Source: Bacteroidetes bacterium GWF2_38_335 (lineage in GTDB: Bacteria > Bacteroidota > Bacteroidia > Bacteroidales > GWF2-38-335). From it: DNA of 64,000 nt. This document shows, piece after piece, positions 46,263-56,153 of this stretch (positions within the stretch are counted from its first letter, which is position 1; the number at the start of each line of letters is the position of its first letter). A program made the position numbers and the translations under genes. The stretch is from positions 200,040-264,039 of the forward strand of contig MEOH01000001.1 of assembly GCA_001769535.1 (NCBI GenBank), written 5' to 3'. Under the pieces are notes generated by a model. It searched no databases and was not told the origin of the DNA. It saw nothing but the letters and a program-made list of their open reading frames with translations.

Positions 46263-48340
46263 TGATGAACTCCCAAAAAAAACAAACCCTGATATGGCTT
46301 GCGGTGATATTGTTTGTTACACTGCTGGTTTATTCGCCGGGTTTTAAGGCGGAGTTCACCAATTTTGACGACAACCGCTATGTTACCGAAAACCCAATGG
46401 TGTGGAGTTTGTCGGGCGAAAACATCACAAATATTTTTTCAACATACTACGACGGGCATTATCATCCCCTGACTATGCTTTCTATGGCAATTGATTATTC
46501 GATTGTGGGAATGAAGCCCTGGCTCTTTCATGCCGAAAATATTTTCTTTCATTTGATCAACACCCTGCTTGTTTTCTTTTTTATCAGGAAACTCTGGGGC
46601 AAATTTGATGTTGCGGTTATTGCCTCGTTCCTCTTTGGGATACATACCTTTCACGTTGAATCGGTTGTATGGATAGCCGAAAGAAAAGATGTGCTTTTTG
46701 CATTTTTCTTCCTTCTTTCGCTGATTTCTTATCTTGAATTTCTTAAAAAAAACAGTTGGAAATACCTGGTTTTATCATTAGTACTCTTTGTGCTTTCATG
46801 TTTAAGCAAAGGACAGGCAGTTGCTCTTGCTCCAACAATCCTTGCAATTGATTATCTGAAAGACAGAAAATTATTAAGCAAAAATGTGATCCTTGAAAAA
46901 ATTCCGTTTTTTGCCATTGCCCTGTTTTTCGGGATCATTGCCATGCAGGCACACGAAACTTTTCCGTATCTGGGCAAGACAGAAGTGCCTTTGTTTGACA
47001 GAATTATTTATGCCTGTTACGGATTTATCCTTTACATAGGAAAACTGATTTTACCACTTAATTTGTCGGCTTATTATCCATACCCATCAGGTTCTCCCGG
47101 AACAGTTGATTATATTTTCCCCATACTCGCCATTGCCTTTGTTTTTATCATTTTTTGGCAGTTCAGAAAAAACAAACCGCTGGTATTTTCCATGCTATTT
47201 TTCTTTTTCAATATTGTTTTGCTTCTCAAGGTTTTTCAAGTTCACCTCCAGACAGGAAAGTTTGTGATCGCCGACAGATATTCCTATGTTTCATCAATAG
47301 GATTTTTCTTCCTTGTCGGATATCTTTATGAAAAATATACCGCAAAGTATCATTCGAAAAAAATTCTGCTCACCGCCATCCTTTCTTTGTGGATTTTAGT
47401 GATGTCGGTGATGACCTTTAACCGCAGTCTTGTATGGAACGACAGTATTACACTTTGGAATAACGTAGTGGATCAGTACCCTGAATTATCATGGGCTTAT
47501 GGTAAAAGAGGATTGGCAAAAGCCGCCCGGAATGATGTAAAGGGAGCCATTGAAGATTATACACTTGCGATAAAATATGACCCTGACGATCCCCACGCAT
47601 ATAATAACAGAGGAAATATTTACGCATCAAGGTTGGGTGATCTGGAGCTTGCCATGAAGGATCTGAACAAGGCCATTGAGGTCGGACCAAAATTTTTCGA
47701 GGCATATTCAAACCGAGGGTTGGTCAGGTTTTATCAAAACGACCTTAAGGGAGCCATGGAAGATCTGAACTTCGCAATTGAAGTAATGCCAACTTACGCC
47801 GTTTCCTGGTTTAACAGAGGACATGTATTTTCAGCTTCGGGAAAATTTGATCTAGCCATCTCCGATTACAATGAAGCCCTGAATCTTAATCCCCGGTTGA
47901 AGCAGGTTTACCTTTATCGGGGTATTGCCTACAATAAAACAGGGAATTTCAGAAAGGGACTTGATGACCTGAATAAGACACTTGAAGAAAACCCAAAAAA
48001 TATTCTTGCACTTCAGAACAGGGCTGAAACATTTGCCGGACTAAAAGACCTGAATCGCTGCATTGAGGATCTGAACAAAGTACTGTCCATTGATCCCCGT
48101 AATGTAAAATCCTATTTCGATCGCGGAAATGTTTTGTACTGGAAAGGGGCCATTCCTGCTGCCATAAAGGATTATCTGAAAGTAACAGAATTGAATCCTG
48201 AAAATTCCGACGCCTGGTACAATTTAGCTGTAGCTTATAAAGATACAGGAAACAAAGAGGAAGCTTGCAGATGTATTAAAATTGCCGAAGAAAAGGGAGC
48301 AAAAATCAACCGGGAAGTGTTCAACCTGAAGTGTGAGTAA
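46262..48340 (+). CDS. Membrane GT-C-like (TMTC/PMT_2/DUF1736-like) domain fused to about 8 C-terminal TPR repeats
   Basis: FTNFDDNRYVTENPMV...YYDGHYHPLTMLSMAIDY...FHLINTLLVFFFIRKL N-terminus with about 10 TM helices, then TPR units (AYNNRGNIY, AYSNRGLV, SWFNRGHVF...). The ATG overlaps the upstream stop (TGATG). Confidence 0.65.
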   Translation: MMNSQKKQTLIWLAVILFVTLLVYSPGFKAEFTNFDDNRYVTENPMVWSLSGENITNIFSTYYDGHYHPLTMLSMAIDYSIVGMKPWLFHAENIFFHLINTLLVFFFIRKLWGKFDVAVIASFLFGIHTFHVESVVWIAERKDVLFAFFFLLSLISYLEFLKKNSWKYLVLSLVLFVLSCLSKGQAVALAPTILAIDYLKDRKLLSKNVILEKIPFFAIALFFGIIAMQAHETFPYLGKTEVPLFDRIIYACYGFILYIGKLILPLNLSAYYPYPSGSPGTVDYIFPILAIAFVFIIFWQFRKNKPLVFSMLFFFFNIVLLLKVFQVHLQTGKFVIADRYSYVSSIGFFFLVGYLYEKYTAKYHSKKILLTAILSLWILVMSVMTFNRSLVWNDSITLWNNVVDQYPELSWAYGKRGLAKAARNDVKGAIEDYTLAIKYDPDDPHAYNNRGNIYASRLGDLELAMKDLNKAIEVGPKFFEAYSNRGLVRFYQNDLKGAMEDLNFAIEVMPTYAVSWFNRGHVFSASGKFDLAISDYNEALNLNPRLKQVYLYRGIAYNKTGNFRKGLDDLNKTLEENPKNILALQNRAETFAGLKDLNRCIEDLNKVLSIDPRNVKSYFDRGNVLYWKGAIPAAIKDYLKVTELNPENSDAWYNLAVAYKDTGNKEEACRCIKIAEEKGAKINREVFNLKCE

Positions 48341-48342
48341 TT

Positions 48343-48840
48343 TTACTCGTCATATAACTTCAGAAATTCATAAGTATTTCCCGAGTTTTCCATAAATTTC
48401 ATAAAATCAGAAAAATCCAGTGTAAGCGTGGCCGTATTGATGCAAGGATGAAAACTGACTCTTTTCGAATTGAGCAAATTAACATCAAAAAAAACATGTA
48501 CATGGCTTTGGCTATCACTGATCAACCCAAAAGGAGTGACTGAACCGGGTGTGAGTTCAAGGTATTTCATAAGACGTTCGGGTGAGGCAAAACTGAGTTT
48601 TCCCTGCCTCAGTCTTTTTTCCAGATCATGTATATCGAGGTTTTTTGTATGCTCGATAACCACAAGATAATGCCTGTCACCCTTGTGATTCCTGAAAAAG
48701 AAATTTTTACAGTGTGTTGCATCTATTTCAGTCCAGTATTTTTTAGCTATTTCGATGGTCGGAGCTTCGGGATGCTCGTCATACCTGAATTTTATACAGA
48801 GCTCTTCAAGTTTCTGATACAATTTCGGATTGCCATTCAT
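48343..48840 (-). CDS. YbaK/ProX-type aminoacyl-tRNA editing domain protein
   Basis: HCKNFFFRNHKGDRHYLVVIEH...LELTPGSVTPFGLI pattern. Confidence 0.7.
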   Translation of the reverse strand: MNGNPKLYQKLEELCIKFRYDEHPEAPTIEIAKKYWTEIDATHCKNFFFRNHKGDRHYLVVIEHTKNLDIHDLEKRLRQGKLSFASPERLMKYLELTPGSVTPFGLISDSQSHVHVFFDVNLLNSKRVSFHPCINTATLTLDFSDFMKFMENSGNTYEFLKLYDE

Positions 48841-48859
48841 AATCCCTGGTTTTTGATCT

Positions 48860-48867
48860 CAAATGTA
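48860..48867 (-). promoter_or_regulatory. -7 box TACATTTG for the YbaK-like gene
   Basis: Exact TAnnTTTG on the minus strand, 19 nt upstream of ATG 48840. Confidence 0.45.
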
Positions 48868-48969
48868 AAAAAAAACGAGAAAAAACCCCGCTTTAAACTT
48901 TTTTCTTTGTCAATAAATAATTTTTCCCTACCTTGGTAGGTTCAGTATTTTACTGAATTTTAACAGTTT

Positions 48970-50091
48970 TTGGTTACAATAAGAAACCGCAAATTGAAAA
49001 AAGGAAATAAGTTTATAAGGATATTTTTGCTGCCGTTAAGTGCTTTGTACGGTATTGTTGTTTCGGTGCGGAATAAAATGTTTGATTACAACATTCTTAA
49101 ATCGCTTGAATTTAACATTCCGGTTATCTCCGTTGGAAATATTACTGTGGGCGGAACAGGAAAGACCCCGCACATTGAATATCTTGTCTCCATTCTTAAA
49201 AACCAATTCAATGTAGCTACACTCAGCAGAGGTTATAAAAGAAAATCAAAAGGTTATCTGGTTGCAGATCAAACCTCAACTGTTTACGATATCGGTGATG
49301 AGCCCAAGCAAATCAAACAAAAATTCAATGATATAACAGTCGCGGTTTGCGGAAGCAGGGTAAATGGTATAAATAAACTTTTATCTGGTGAAGCCGACAA
49401 AAAACTTAATATCATTTTACTTGATGATGCATTTCAACACCGATATGTACGGCCCGGATTGTCAATTCTGCTGATAGACTATAACCGTCCGATCACCAAA
49501 GACTTCCTGCTTCCATACGGAAACCTGAGGGAGCGAGCGCACCACATGAAAAGGGCAAATATCATCATCGTTTCTAAAACTCCGAAAGACCTTAAACCCA
49601 TAGATCGGAGAATCATGGAAAAAGAGTTGGAAATTTTCCCATACCAAACCATGTATTTTACCAGTCTGAAATACGGAAACCCTGTTTCTGTTTTCGGGCA
49701 AATCAAAAAGAATTACTTGCTTGACGAAGAATCTGAAATACTTCTTGTAACAGGCATTTCAACTCCACGACCTCTTTTTGAATATCTGCAAAAAATTACC
49801 CTGAAAGTTGAGCATCTTGTTTTCTCTGATCACCACAATTTCACAGAAAAAGACATTGAACTGATCAAATCAGAGTTCCATAATATGGAAGGCGGAAATA
49901 AAGTGATTATTACCACTGAAAAAGATGCCATGAGGTTTCAGGACCTCGAATTCAGAGAGGTATTGGAGCAACTTCCAATTTTTTTCATTCCCCTTGAAAT
50001 AGATTTTATATTAAAAGATAAAGAAAAGTTTGACAAACAAATCATTAACTATGTTACAACAAATAAAAGAAACAGCAAGTTACATTCTTGA
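48970..50091 (+). CDS. lpxK: Tetraacyldisaccharide 4'-kinase
   Basis: LLPLSALYGIVVSVRNKMF and the ISVGNITVGGTGKTPHIEYL P-loop. TTG start, uncertain. Confidence 0.85.
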   Translation: MVTIRNRKLKKGNKFIRIFLLPLSALYGIVVSVRNKMFDYNILKSLEFNIPVISVGNITVGGTGKTPHIEYLVSILKNQFNVATLSRGYKRKSKGYLVADQTSTVYDIGDEPKQIKQKFNDITVAVCGSRVNGINKLLSGEADKKLNIILLDDAFQHRYVRPGLSILLIDYNRPITKDFLLPYGNLRERAHHMKRANIIIVSKTPKDLKPIDRRIMEKELEIFPYQTMYFTSLKYGNPVSVFGQIKKNYLLDEESEILLVTGISTPRPLFEYLQKITLKVEHLVFSDHHNFTEKDIELIKSEFHNMEGGNKVIITTEKDAMRFQDLEFREVLEQLPIFFIPLEIDFILKDKEKFDKQIINYVTTNKRNSKLHS

Positions 50092-50860
50092 AAAAGTGAA
50101 TGTAAAACCAGAGGCAGGAATAATTTTAGGAACCGGACTGGGTGGATTGGTGAAAGAAATTAATATTTCACATGTTTTGGATTATGAATCAATACCCAAT
50201 TTTCCAGTTTCTACCGTTGAAGGTCATCAGGGAAAACTGATTTTTGGTGAACTGGGCGGGAAAAAAGTAGTGGCAATGCAAGGCAGATTTCACTATTATG
50301 AAGGTTACGAAATGTGGCAGGTTGTTTTTCCTGTAAGAGTAATGAAATATCTTGGAATACAAACCCTGCTCGTATCAAATGCCAGCGGTGGCGTAAATCC
50401 CGATTACGAAATCGGCGACCTGATGATTCTCAACGATCACATAAACCTGATTCCCAATCCACTGCTCGGCAAAAACTTCAAGGAACTGGGCGTGCGTTTC
50501 CCCGACATGAGCCATACCTACGACAGCAAACTTATTGAGATAGCTGCTTCAATTGCTGAAAAAAATAATATCAGAATCCAAAAAGGAATCTACTGCGCTG
50601 TTACCGGCCCTACTTTGGAAACCCCTGCCGAATATAAATATTTCAGGATTATTGGCGCCGATACCGTCGGAATGTCAACCGTACCCGAAATTATTGCCGC
50701 ACGCCACATGGGATTGCCCTGTTTTGCAATTTCAATCATCACCGATCTGGGTGTTCCCGGTAAAATAGTAAAAGTAACCCATGAGGACGTACAGGGTGTT
50801 GCAGAAAAAGCCGAGCCTAAAATGACTCTCATTATGAAAGAACTGATCAAACAACTTTAA
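50051..50860 (+). CDS. punA: Purine nucleoside phosphorylase (inosine/guanosine type)
   Basis: IILGTGLGGLV, VEGHQGKLIFGELGGKKVVAMQGRFHYYEGY and GADTVGMSTVPE. Overlaps the lpxK end by 41 nt. Confidence 0.85.
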   Translation: MLQQIKETASYILEKVNVKPEAGIILGTGLGGLVKEINISHVLDYESIPNFPVSTVEGHQGKLIFGELGGKKVVAMQGRFHYYEGYEMWQVVFPVRVMKYLGIQTLLVSNASGGVNPDYEIGDLMILNDHINLIPNPLLGKNFKELGVRFPDMSHTYDSKLIEIAASIAEKNNIRIQKGIYCAVTGPTLETPAEYKYFRIIGADTVGMSTVPEIIAARHMGLPCFAISIITDLGVPGKIVKVTHEDVQGVAEKAEPKMTLIMKELIKQL

Positions 50861-50880
50861 TTGCAAATAATATTAAAGCT

Positions 50881-51372
50881 ATGATTATCAAATATCTACC
50901 TGTTTTTGTTATTTTATCTGTTCTTTTGGTTTCATGTGGACCATCCACCGAAAAAGCCATCGAGTATAATGATGCACTTGTTGCCGAACATGCTGCTGTC
51001 ACCGAAAACATTCAAATGCTTTTTCAGGATATCAGCGGGTTTAACATGACACGCATTGACGAAGATTATAACAACACAAAAGAATCCATTAAAATATCGA
51101 CAGGCCATATTGAAGATCTGGGCGATTTTTACGGAGATGATTCATATAAAAATGCCTTTATTGAATATATGGATCATGCGGGCAAAATGATTGACAATGA
51201 AGTGAAACAGGTTATTGACATACTTAAACTGGGCGATAAAATAACCGCAGTTGATGAGGAAAAACTAAATCAATTAACTGATAAAATTTATAATAAAGAA
51301 AAAGAAGCGAATAAAAATCTGGAATTAAAACAAGCTGAATTTTCTGAAAAATATGAATTTGATTTAAAATAA
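50881..51372 (+). CDS. Hypothetical lipoprotein
   Basis: Lipobox VLLVSCG. Helical, charged product with no motif recognised. Confidence 0.55.
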   Translation: MIIKYLPVFVILSVLLVSCGPSTEKAIEYNDALVAEHAAVTENIQMLFQDISGFNMTRIDEDYNNTKESIKISTGHIEDLGDFYGDDSYKNAFIEYMDHAGKMIDNEVKQVIDILKLGDKITAVDEEKLNQLTDKIYNKEKEANKNLELKQAEFSEKYEFDLK

Positions 51373-51400
51373 AAAAGGGTGCTTTTTTGCACCCTTTTTT
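51371..51400. terminator. Bidirectional terminator AAAAAAGGGTGC-TTTTTT-GCACCCTTTTTT
   Basis: Perfect stem flanked by A and T runs, between convergent genes. Confidence 0.8.
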
Positions 51401-51415
51401 ATTATTTTCTTTAAA

Positions 51416-51634
51416 CTATTTGCAGTTTTCTTTCACCCATGCCTCGGCCTTTTCTTCGTCGTTTTCAAATTTATCTTTCAATACCTGATCGCAAGCTTCT
51501 TTATTTTCCTGATATGATTTATCATCAATGCACTTGCAGGGATCTATGGAATCCTTTGATTCACCACAGGAAGAAATGGCAAAAAAAGCATATCCTAATA
51601 AAAGTAAAGTAAGAATTTTTACAGATCTTTTCAT
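51416..51634 (-). CDS. Small hypothetical lipoprotein (72 aa, 5 Cys)
   Basis: MKRSVKILTLLLLGYAFFAISSCG lipobox. Has its own terminator and an upstream terminator. Confidence 0.5.
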   Translation of the reverse strand: MKRSVKILTLLLLGYAFFAISSCGESKDSIDPCKCIDDKSYQENKEACDQVLKDKFENDEEKAEAWVKENCK

Positions 51635-51667
51635 TTCGTTGTTAATTTTTACCGCACCAAAAATAAA

Positions 51668-51714
51668 TAAAAAAATTTAAGATGCAAATTTATATTACCC
51701 ACTTGCATCTTAAA
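51668..51714 (-). terminator. Terminator of the esterase gene
   Basis: 12-bp stem TTTAAGATGCAA/TTGCATCTTAAA with a 15-nt loop, followed by a T-run on the minus strand. Confidence 0.65.
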
Positions 51715-51751
51715 TAATTATATATCAACTATTTTAAATTTTCAACAACTG

Positions 51752-52882
51752 TTATTTTGCAATGACAACTTTCTGTTTATATACCTTGCCATTCTGCTCT
51801 GCCGCAATGAAATAAATGCCGTTTTCCAAAGCACTTATATCTACTAAACCTGACTGAATACCCTTTTTGGTTAATACTAATTCACCAAGGTAATTGCAAA
51901 TTGCCAGGTTTATTTCACCAGACTTATCAGCACTTACATATATAAAATTGCCGGCAGGATTGGGGAAAAATTTCACATCCATTTCCCGGGTGAGCTCCTC
52001 ATTTCCAACATAGGCATCTCTGCTGTGCCTATTAAAAAATTCCCATATTTTAATAGTATAGGTAATATCATTACTTGGTTCAAAAAGCCATTCGTGGTCA
52101 GCACCAATTACTTTGTAAAACTCAACTTCTGAACTGTAATCCCCACCTGAATATATATAATGGTCAACAGTATAGCCATCGGCAGCAATATCTGGAAGAG
52201 TTTCATTAACTGAAGGTGCAGGGTCACAATTGTTTTTGGTAATCCAATAATTCACAAGCTCTTCTGCGTCATTTCCATATTCGTTTCCAACATAAAGAAC
52301 CGTTGAATCTGCAGTTCCATGAAAATGACATACCGGCATGGCAAGCTCAGGTGTTGTAGTCATTGTATTCCCAATGGTTCCGGCTACAGAAGCAACAGCC
52401 GCAAATACAGAGTTCATTTCACAAGCAAGCTTATGGCACATAAATCCGCCCATTGAAAAACCTGTAACGTATATTCTGTCCGGATCAATATTATACAACG
52501 CTTTGGTTGAATCAATCATCGCTGATAAAAACCCAACATCATCAACTGTCTGGTTTAGTACAATTCCCATATAACTGGCTCCTGAATTCCATGCAGTTCC
52601 AATTTCATAAGTGTAATAATAAGCTACGAGTGCCTGGGGAGTAAGTACAATAAAATTTTCATATTCCGACAGGGTTTGCATTCCAATTCCTGAAAAATTG
52701 GTCATGTTATCGCCCAAGCCGTGCAAACAAATAACTAAAGGCACAGCTTCTGTTTCTGAATAAACAGAAGGTACATATTCAATATATTGACGGTTTGTTC
52801 CGTCCCACATAAAAGATTTTGTTGTCTGAGCAAAGCTCTGAACAGAAATAATTGCTAAAACAATGAGTATTATTTTTTTCAT
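51752..52882 (-). CDS. Secreted alpha/beta-hydrolase esterase (PHB depolymerase/feruloyl esterase-like) with a T9SS C-terminal sorting domain
   Basis: Signal peptide, GFSMGG nucleophile elbow, HGTADS. C-terminus VKFFPNPAGNFIYV...GIYFIAAEQNGKVYKQKVVIAK is a Por secretion tail pattern. Confidence 0.75.
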   Translation of the reverse strand: MKKIILIVLAIISVQSFAQTTKSFMWDGTNRQYIEYVPSVYSETEAVPLVICLHGLGDNMTNFSGIGMQTLSEYENFIVLTPQALVAYYYTYEIGTAWNSGASYMGIVLNQTVDDVGFLSAMIDSTKALYNIDPDRIYVTGFSMGGFMCHKLACEMNSVFAAVASVAGTIGNTMTTTPELAMPVCHFHGTADSTVLYVGNEYGNDAEELVNYWITKNNCDPAPSVNETLPDIAADGYTVDHYIYSGGDYSSEVEFYKVIGADHEWLFEPSNDITYTIKIWEFFNRHSRDAYVGNEELTREMDVKFFPNPAGNFIYVSADKSGEINLAICNYLGELVLTKKGIQSGLVDISALENGIYFIAAEQNGKVYKQKVVIAK

Positions 52883-52931
52883 GGCAAAAGAATTTTGGGT
52901 TATCATTGGTTAAAATTAAACAAAAAAATGT

Positions 52932-52962
52932 AAAAAAAAAAGCACAGTCATCAAACTGTGCT
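52932..52962 (-). terminator. Terminator of purS
   Basis: AGCACAGT-CATCAA-ACTGTGCT, with a 9-nt T-run on the minus strand. Confidence 0.75.
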
Positions 52963-52983
52963 ATCAAACAAATGATAGTTTAA

Positions 52984-53241
52984 CTATTTTTTAACTTCTT
53001 TTACTGTGTATTCAAAACTCTCCATAATTGGATTGATGAGGATTTTCTTGCATGCTTCCTCTGTCATTGCTTCCGCTTTTTTCTTATTTTCAGCCTCAAG
53101 CTCAAAAATAATATGCTTGCCTATCCTCACATTTTCAACGGTTTTAAAACCGATGTTTTTCATAGTCTGGTTGACTGCTTTTCCCTGAGGATCGAGGAGT
53201 GCCTTGAGTGGCATCACATTTATTTCAACTGAAAATTTCAT
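52984..53241 (-). CDS. purS: Phosphoribosylformylglycinamidine synthase subunit PurS
   Basis: 85 aa. VMPLKALLDPQGKAVNQTMKNIGF...VRIGKHIIFELE pattern. Confidence 0.85.
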   Translation of the reverse strand: MKFSVEINVMPLKALLDPQGKAVNQTMKNIGFKTVENVRIGKHIIFELEAENKKKAEAMTEEACKKILINPIMESFEYTVKEVKK

Positions 53242-53374
53242 TTTTGCTTATTTTAAATTTTTCGTAAAGTTAAAAAAAATAGGAACTGTGTTTTTATAAG
53301 TTTTCCACTAATTGTTAACAAATGTAACCCCAAATTCATTCCGGCGAAATCCATAAAGCCAATCATACTTTACT

Positions 53375-54112
53375 TTATAATCGCTTTTTTGATGAAGCTT
53401 GTAATATCAGTGAAAGTAAGATATACAACCATATTATCAGTGGAAATGCCAAATACTTCAGAAAAATAATCATTGCCAGAGAACAAAAAACAAATATGTA
53501 CTTCACTTCATTCCCTTTGAAACCAAATGACTTCATTTTTAGTGAAAACATTTCAATCGGAGCCACCATGATCGCCGATTGAAACAAAACAACGGCCATT
53601 ACCACAAATACATTTAATAGAATATCGGAATACTCATTATTATTCAAAAGAATCAATGGCAATGAAGATATCACGATGGCGTTGGCGGGAGTTGGCAATC
53701 CTTTAAAACTGTACGTCTGACTGTCATCTGTATTAAACTTTGCCAGTCTGATTGCCGAAAAAACCACAATCAAAAACGGCATGGCCAGCATAAGCTTCAA
53801 CAACCATGGATTAAGGTCCTCTCCCATCTGATTTTGATATTGTATCAGCGACGACTGCATAATCTTATACATGATTACTGCCGGGGCCAGACCAAAACTG
53901 ATGAGGTCGGCCAGTGAGTCGAGCTGTTTTCCAATCTCAGATCCTGCCTTTAGCATTCTTGCTGCAAAACCATCCATAAAATCAAGCACTACAGCAATAC
54001 CAATTAACAGTGAGGCAACAAAAGGCCTGTTCTCAAGAATGGCTACAATTGCAATACTTCCTGCTGCCAGATTGCACAATGTGATGATATTCGGAATTTG
54101 TTTTCTGATCAT
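53375..54112 (-). CDS. pssA: CDP-diacylglycerol--serine O-phosphatidyltransferase
   Basis: DFMDGFAARMLKAGSEIGKQLDSLADLISFG is the CDP-alcohol phosphatidyltransferase motif. Polytopic. Confidence 0.8.
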   Translation of the reverse strand: MIRKQIPNIITLCNLAAGSIAIVAILENRPFVASLLIGIAVVLDFMDGFAARMLKAGSEIGKQLDSLADLISFGLAPAVIMYKIMQSSLIQYQNQMGEDLNPWLLKLMLAMPFLIVVFSAIRLAKFNTDDSQTYSFKGLPTPANAIVISSLPLILLNNNEYSDILLNVFVVMAVVLFQSAIMVAPIEMFSLKMKSFGFKGNEVKYIFVFCSLAMIIFLKYLAFPLIIWLYILLSLILQASSKKRL

Positions 54113-54137
54113 ATCCTTTTTTAAACAATATTTCAGA

Positions 54138-54145
54138 CAAATTTA
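54138..54145 (-). promoter_or_regulatory. -7 box TAAATTTG for pssA
   Basis: Exact TAnnTTTG on the minus strand, 25 nt upstream of ATG 54112. Confidence 0.45.
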
Positions 54146-54230
54146 AGTTAATTTATGAAACTTGCTAAAAATTGATAACTATTGGCAGTTTTGACGAAAT
54201 AATTTATCTTTACATCTTATATCTGTAAAA

Positions 54231-55313
54231 ATGAAGCTTAAACTTTTCATACCTGTGTTTCTGTTGTTTGTCTCAATGAGTTTTTTATCACAGGGACAAT
54301 CGGCACCCAAATACTCAAACGAGTTTTTATCCATTGGGGTAAGCGCCAGATCAATGGCCATGGCCAATTCATCGATTGCTTCGGTTAACGATGTTACTGC
54401 AGCTTACTGGAACCCGTCTGCCCTGACTTTGATTCCCTGGGATCTCGAACTGGGCGTGATGCATGCCGAATATTTTGCCGGCATTGCAGGATATGACTAT
54501 CTGGGTGGTGCTGCAAAATTAAATGAATCTTCAGCTTTTGGCGTTTCTATCATCCGCTTTGGCGTGGACGACATCCCAAACACCCTCGAACTTATTGATA
54601 ATGAAGGAAACATACGCTATGACCGTATCAAATCTTTTTCAGTAGCCGATTGGGCTTTCCTCTTCTCTTATGCTAAAGTTTCAAAAATTGAAGGCCTTCG
54701 CTATGGCGGAAATGTAAAAATCATCCGCAGGATAGCCGGAGACTTTGCCGGTGCATGGGGATTTGGCTTCGACCTTTCTGCCAGATATGAAAAAGGAAAC
54801 TGGATTTTTGGAGCCATGGGTCGCGATATCACCTCAACTTTCAATGCATGGAGTTTCAATACCTCCGAGCTTGAAGAGGTTTTTATCCTTACAGGAAATG
54901 AAATTCCTGAAAACTCCATGGAAATTACCCTGCCAAAATTGTTGCTCGGCACTGCATATAAATTTAATATTTCCGAAAAATTCTCAGGACTTGCCGAGGC
55001 CGACCTCGATCTCACATTCGACGGTAAAAGAAATGTATTGGTCAAAGGCGATCCCATCAGTATTGATCCACATCTGGGCTTCGAAATAGGCTTTAAAGAC
55101 ATTCTCTTTTTCAGAGGTGGTTTTGGCAATTTCCAGCAAGTACCCGACTACGACAACAACAACGATTTCACATTCCAGCCCAACATCGGATTAGGGATTA
55201 AAATCAAACGTCTGGCCATTGACTACGCCCTCACCGACATCGGCGACCAGTCTATTGCCCTTTATTCGAATGTTTTTTCGTTACGATATGGATTGAATAA
55301 GGTGGAGAAATAA
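54231..55313 (+). CDS. PorV/PorQ-like outer-membrane beta-barrel protein
   Basis: Signal peptide. YSNEFLSIGVSARSMAMANSSIASVNDVTAAYWNPSAL resembles the FL-I-x-ARxxxMG...NPA motif of T9SS PorV/PorQ family barrels. Alternating beta-strand pattern to the C-terminus. Confidence 0.55.
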   Translation: MKLKLFIPVFLLFVSMSFLSQGQSAPKYSNEFLSIGVSARSMAMANSSIASVNDVTAAYWNPSALTLIPWDLELGVMHAEYFAGIAGYDYLGGAAKLNESSAFGVSIIRFGVDDIPNTLELIDNEGNIRYDRIKSFSVADWAFLFSYAKVSKIEGLRYGGNVKIIRRIAGDFAGAWGFGFDLSARYEKGNWIFGAMGRDITSTFNAWSFNTSELEEVFILTGNEIPENSMEITLPKLLLGTAYKFNISEKFSGLAEADLDLTFDGKRNVLVKGDPISIDPHLGFEIGFKDILFFRGGFGNFQQVPDYDNNNDFTFQPNIGLGIKIKRLAIDYALTDIGDQSIALYSNVFSLRYGLNKVEK

Positions 55314-55388
55314 ATTCAGTTTTAATTTTCCTAATGTCGATTATTTGCCATTTATTTCATATTTTTAAGTGTTACTAAAAATTAAAAT

Positions 55389-56153
55389 ATGAGATACTAT
55401 TTACTTGTATTTTCTTTGTTGATTTTTTCCTTGTCTTTTGCACAAAACACTGTAACAGCCGGCTTCAGCATAGGCCCCGACATGGGTCTGAAGGTTGATA
55501 AAACCGACAATTACCAACTCACAAAAAATAATACCTGGTCTTTTGGCGGGGATTTATATGCCGGAATCCATTTTCCTGGAGATATCAACATTTATCCCCG
55601 TATGGCTTTCACCATCTTTAACGGAGAGTACAAAATGATCAATTACAACGGCTCCGATAATCCCCTTGGTGAATTTACTGCTTTTGAAAATACCGGAACT
55701 GCGCCACTGCAGTTTTATACTTACGATTACACCACTGAAAAATCAAGGGCACGTACAGCTCATCTGACCTTTGGAGTGAACATTACCAAAACATTTTTTG
55801 AGAAACTCGAACTGGGCGGAGGAATTTTCATGACCCGGCGGCGCACCCTCATTAAAGATTACATATCGCACGATACCTACAAATATTATGGCTCCTCGGG
55901 TACGCATACACAACACTATCAGCTTGACGAGTACACGCTTGATACAGTATCTACCGATAAACGCCCAAGCAGCAAGACAACCGTGATTGCTTCACAGCCC
56001 GAAATTTCCTTTCTTGCCAGATACTATTTTGTAAACAACCCCGGTTTCAGGTTTGGCCCCGAACTGGATGTTTTTATCGGCAAAGATGTATTTTATGTTT
56101 TCAGGTTCACATTCCGCTTTACCCTAAAAAACAATGAAAATGTCACTCAGTAA
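55389..56153 (+). CDS. Hypothetical outer-membrane beta-barrel protein
   Basis: Signal peptide MRYYLLVFSLLIFSLSFAQ, alternating hydrophobic strands, aromatic-rich C-terminus FRFTFRFTL. Confidence 0.5.
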   Translation: MRYYLLVFSLLIFSLSFAQNTVTAGFSIGPDMGLKVDKTDNYQLTKNNTWSFGGDLYAGIHFPGDINIYPRMAFTIFNGEYKMINYNGSDNPLGEFTAFENTGTAPLQFYTYDYTTEKSRARTAHLTFGVNITKTFFEKLELGGGIFMTRRRTLIKDYISHDTYKYYGSSGTHTQHYQLDEYTLDTVSTDKRPSSKTTVIASQPEISFLARYYFVNNPGFRFGPELDVFIGKDVFYVFRFTFRFTLKNNENVTQ

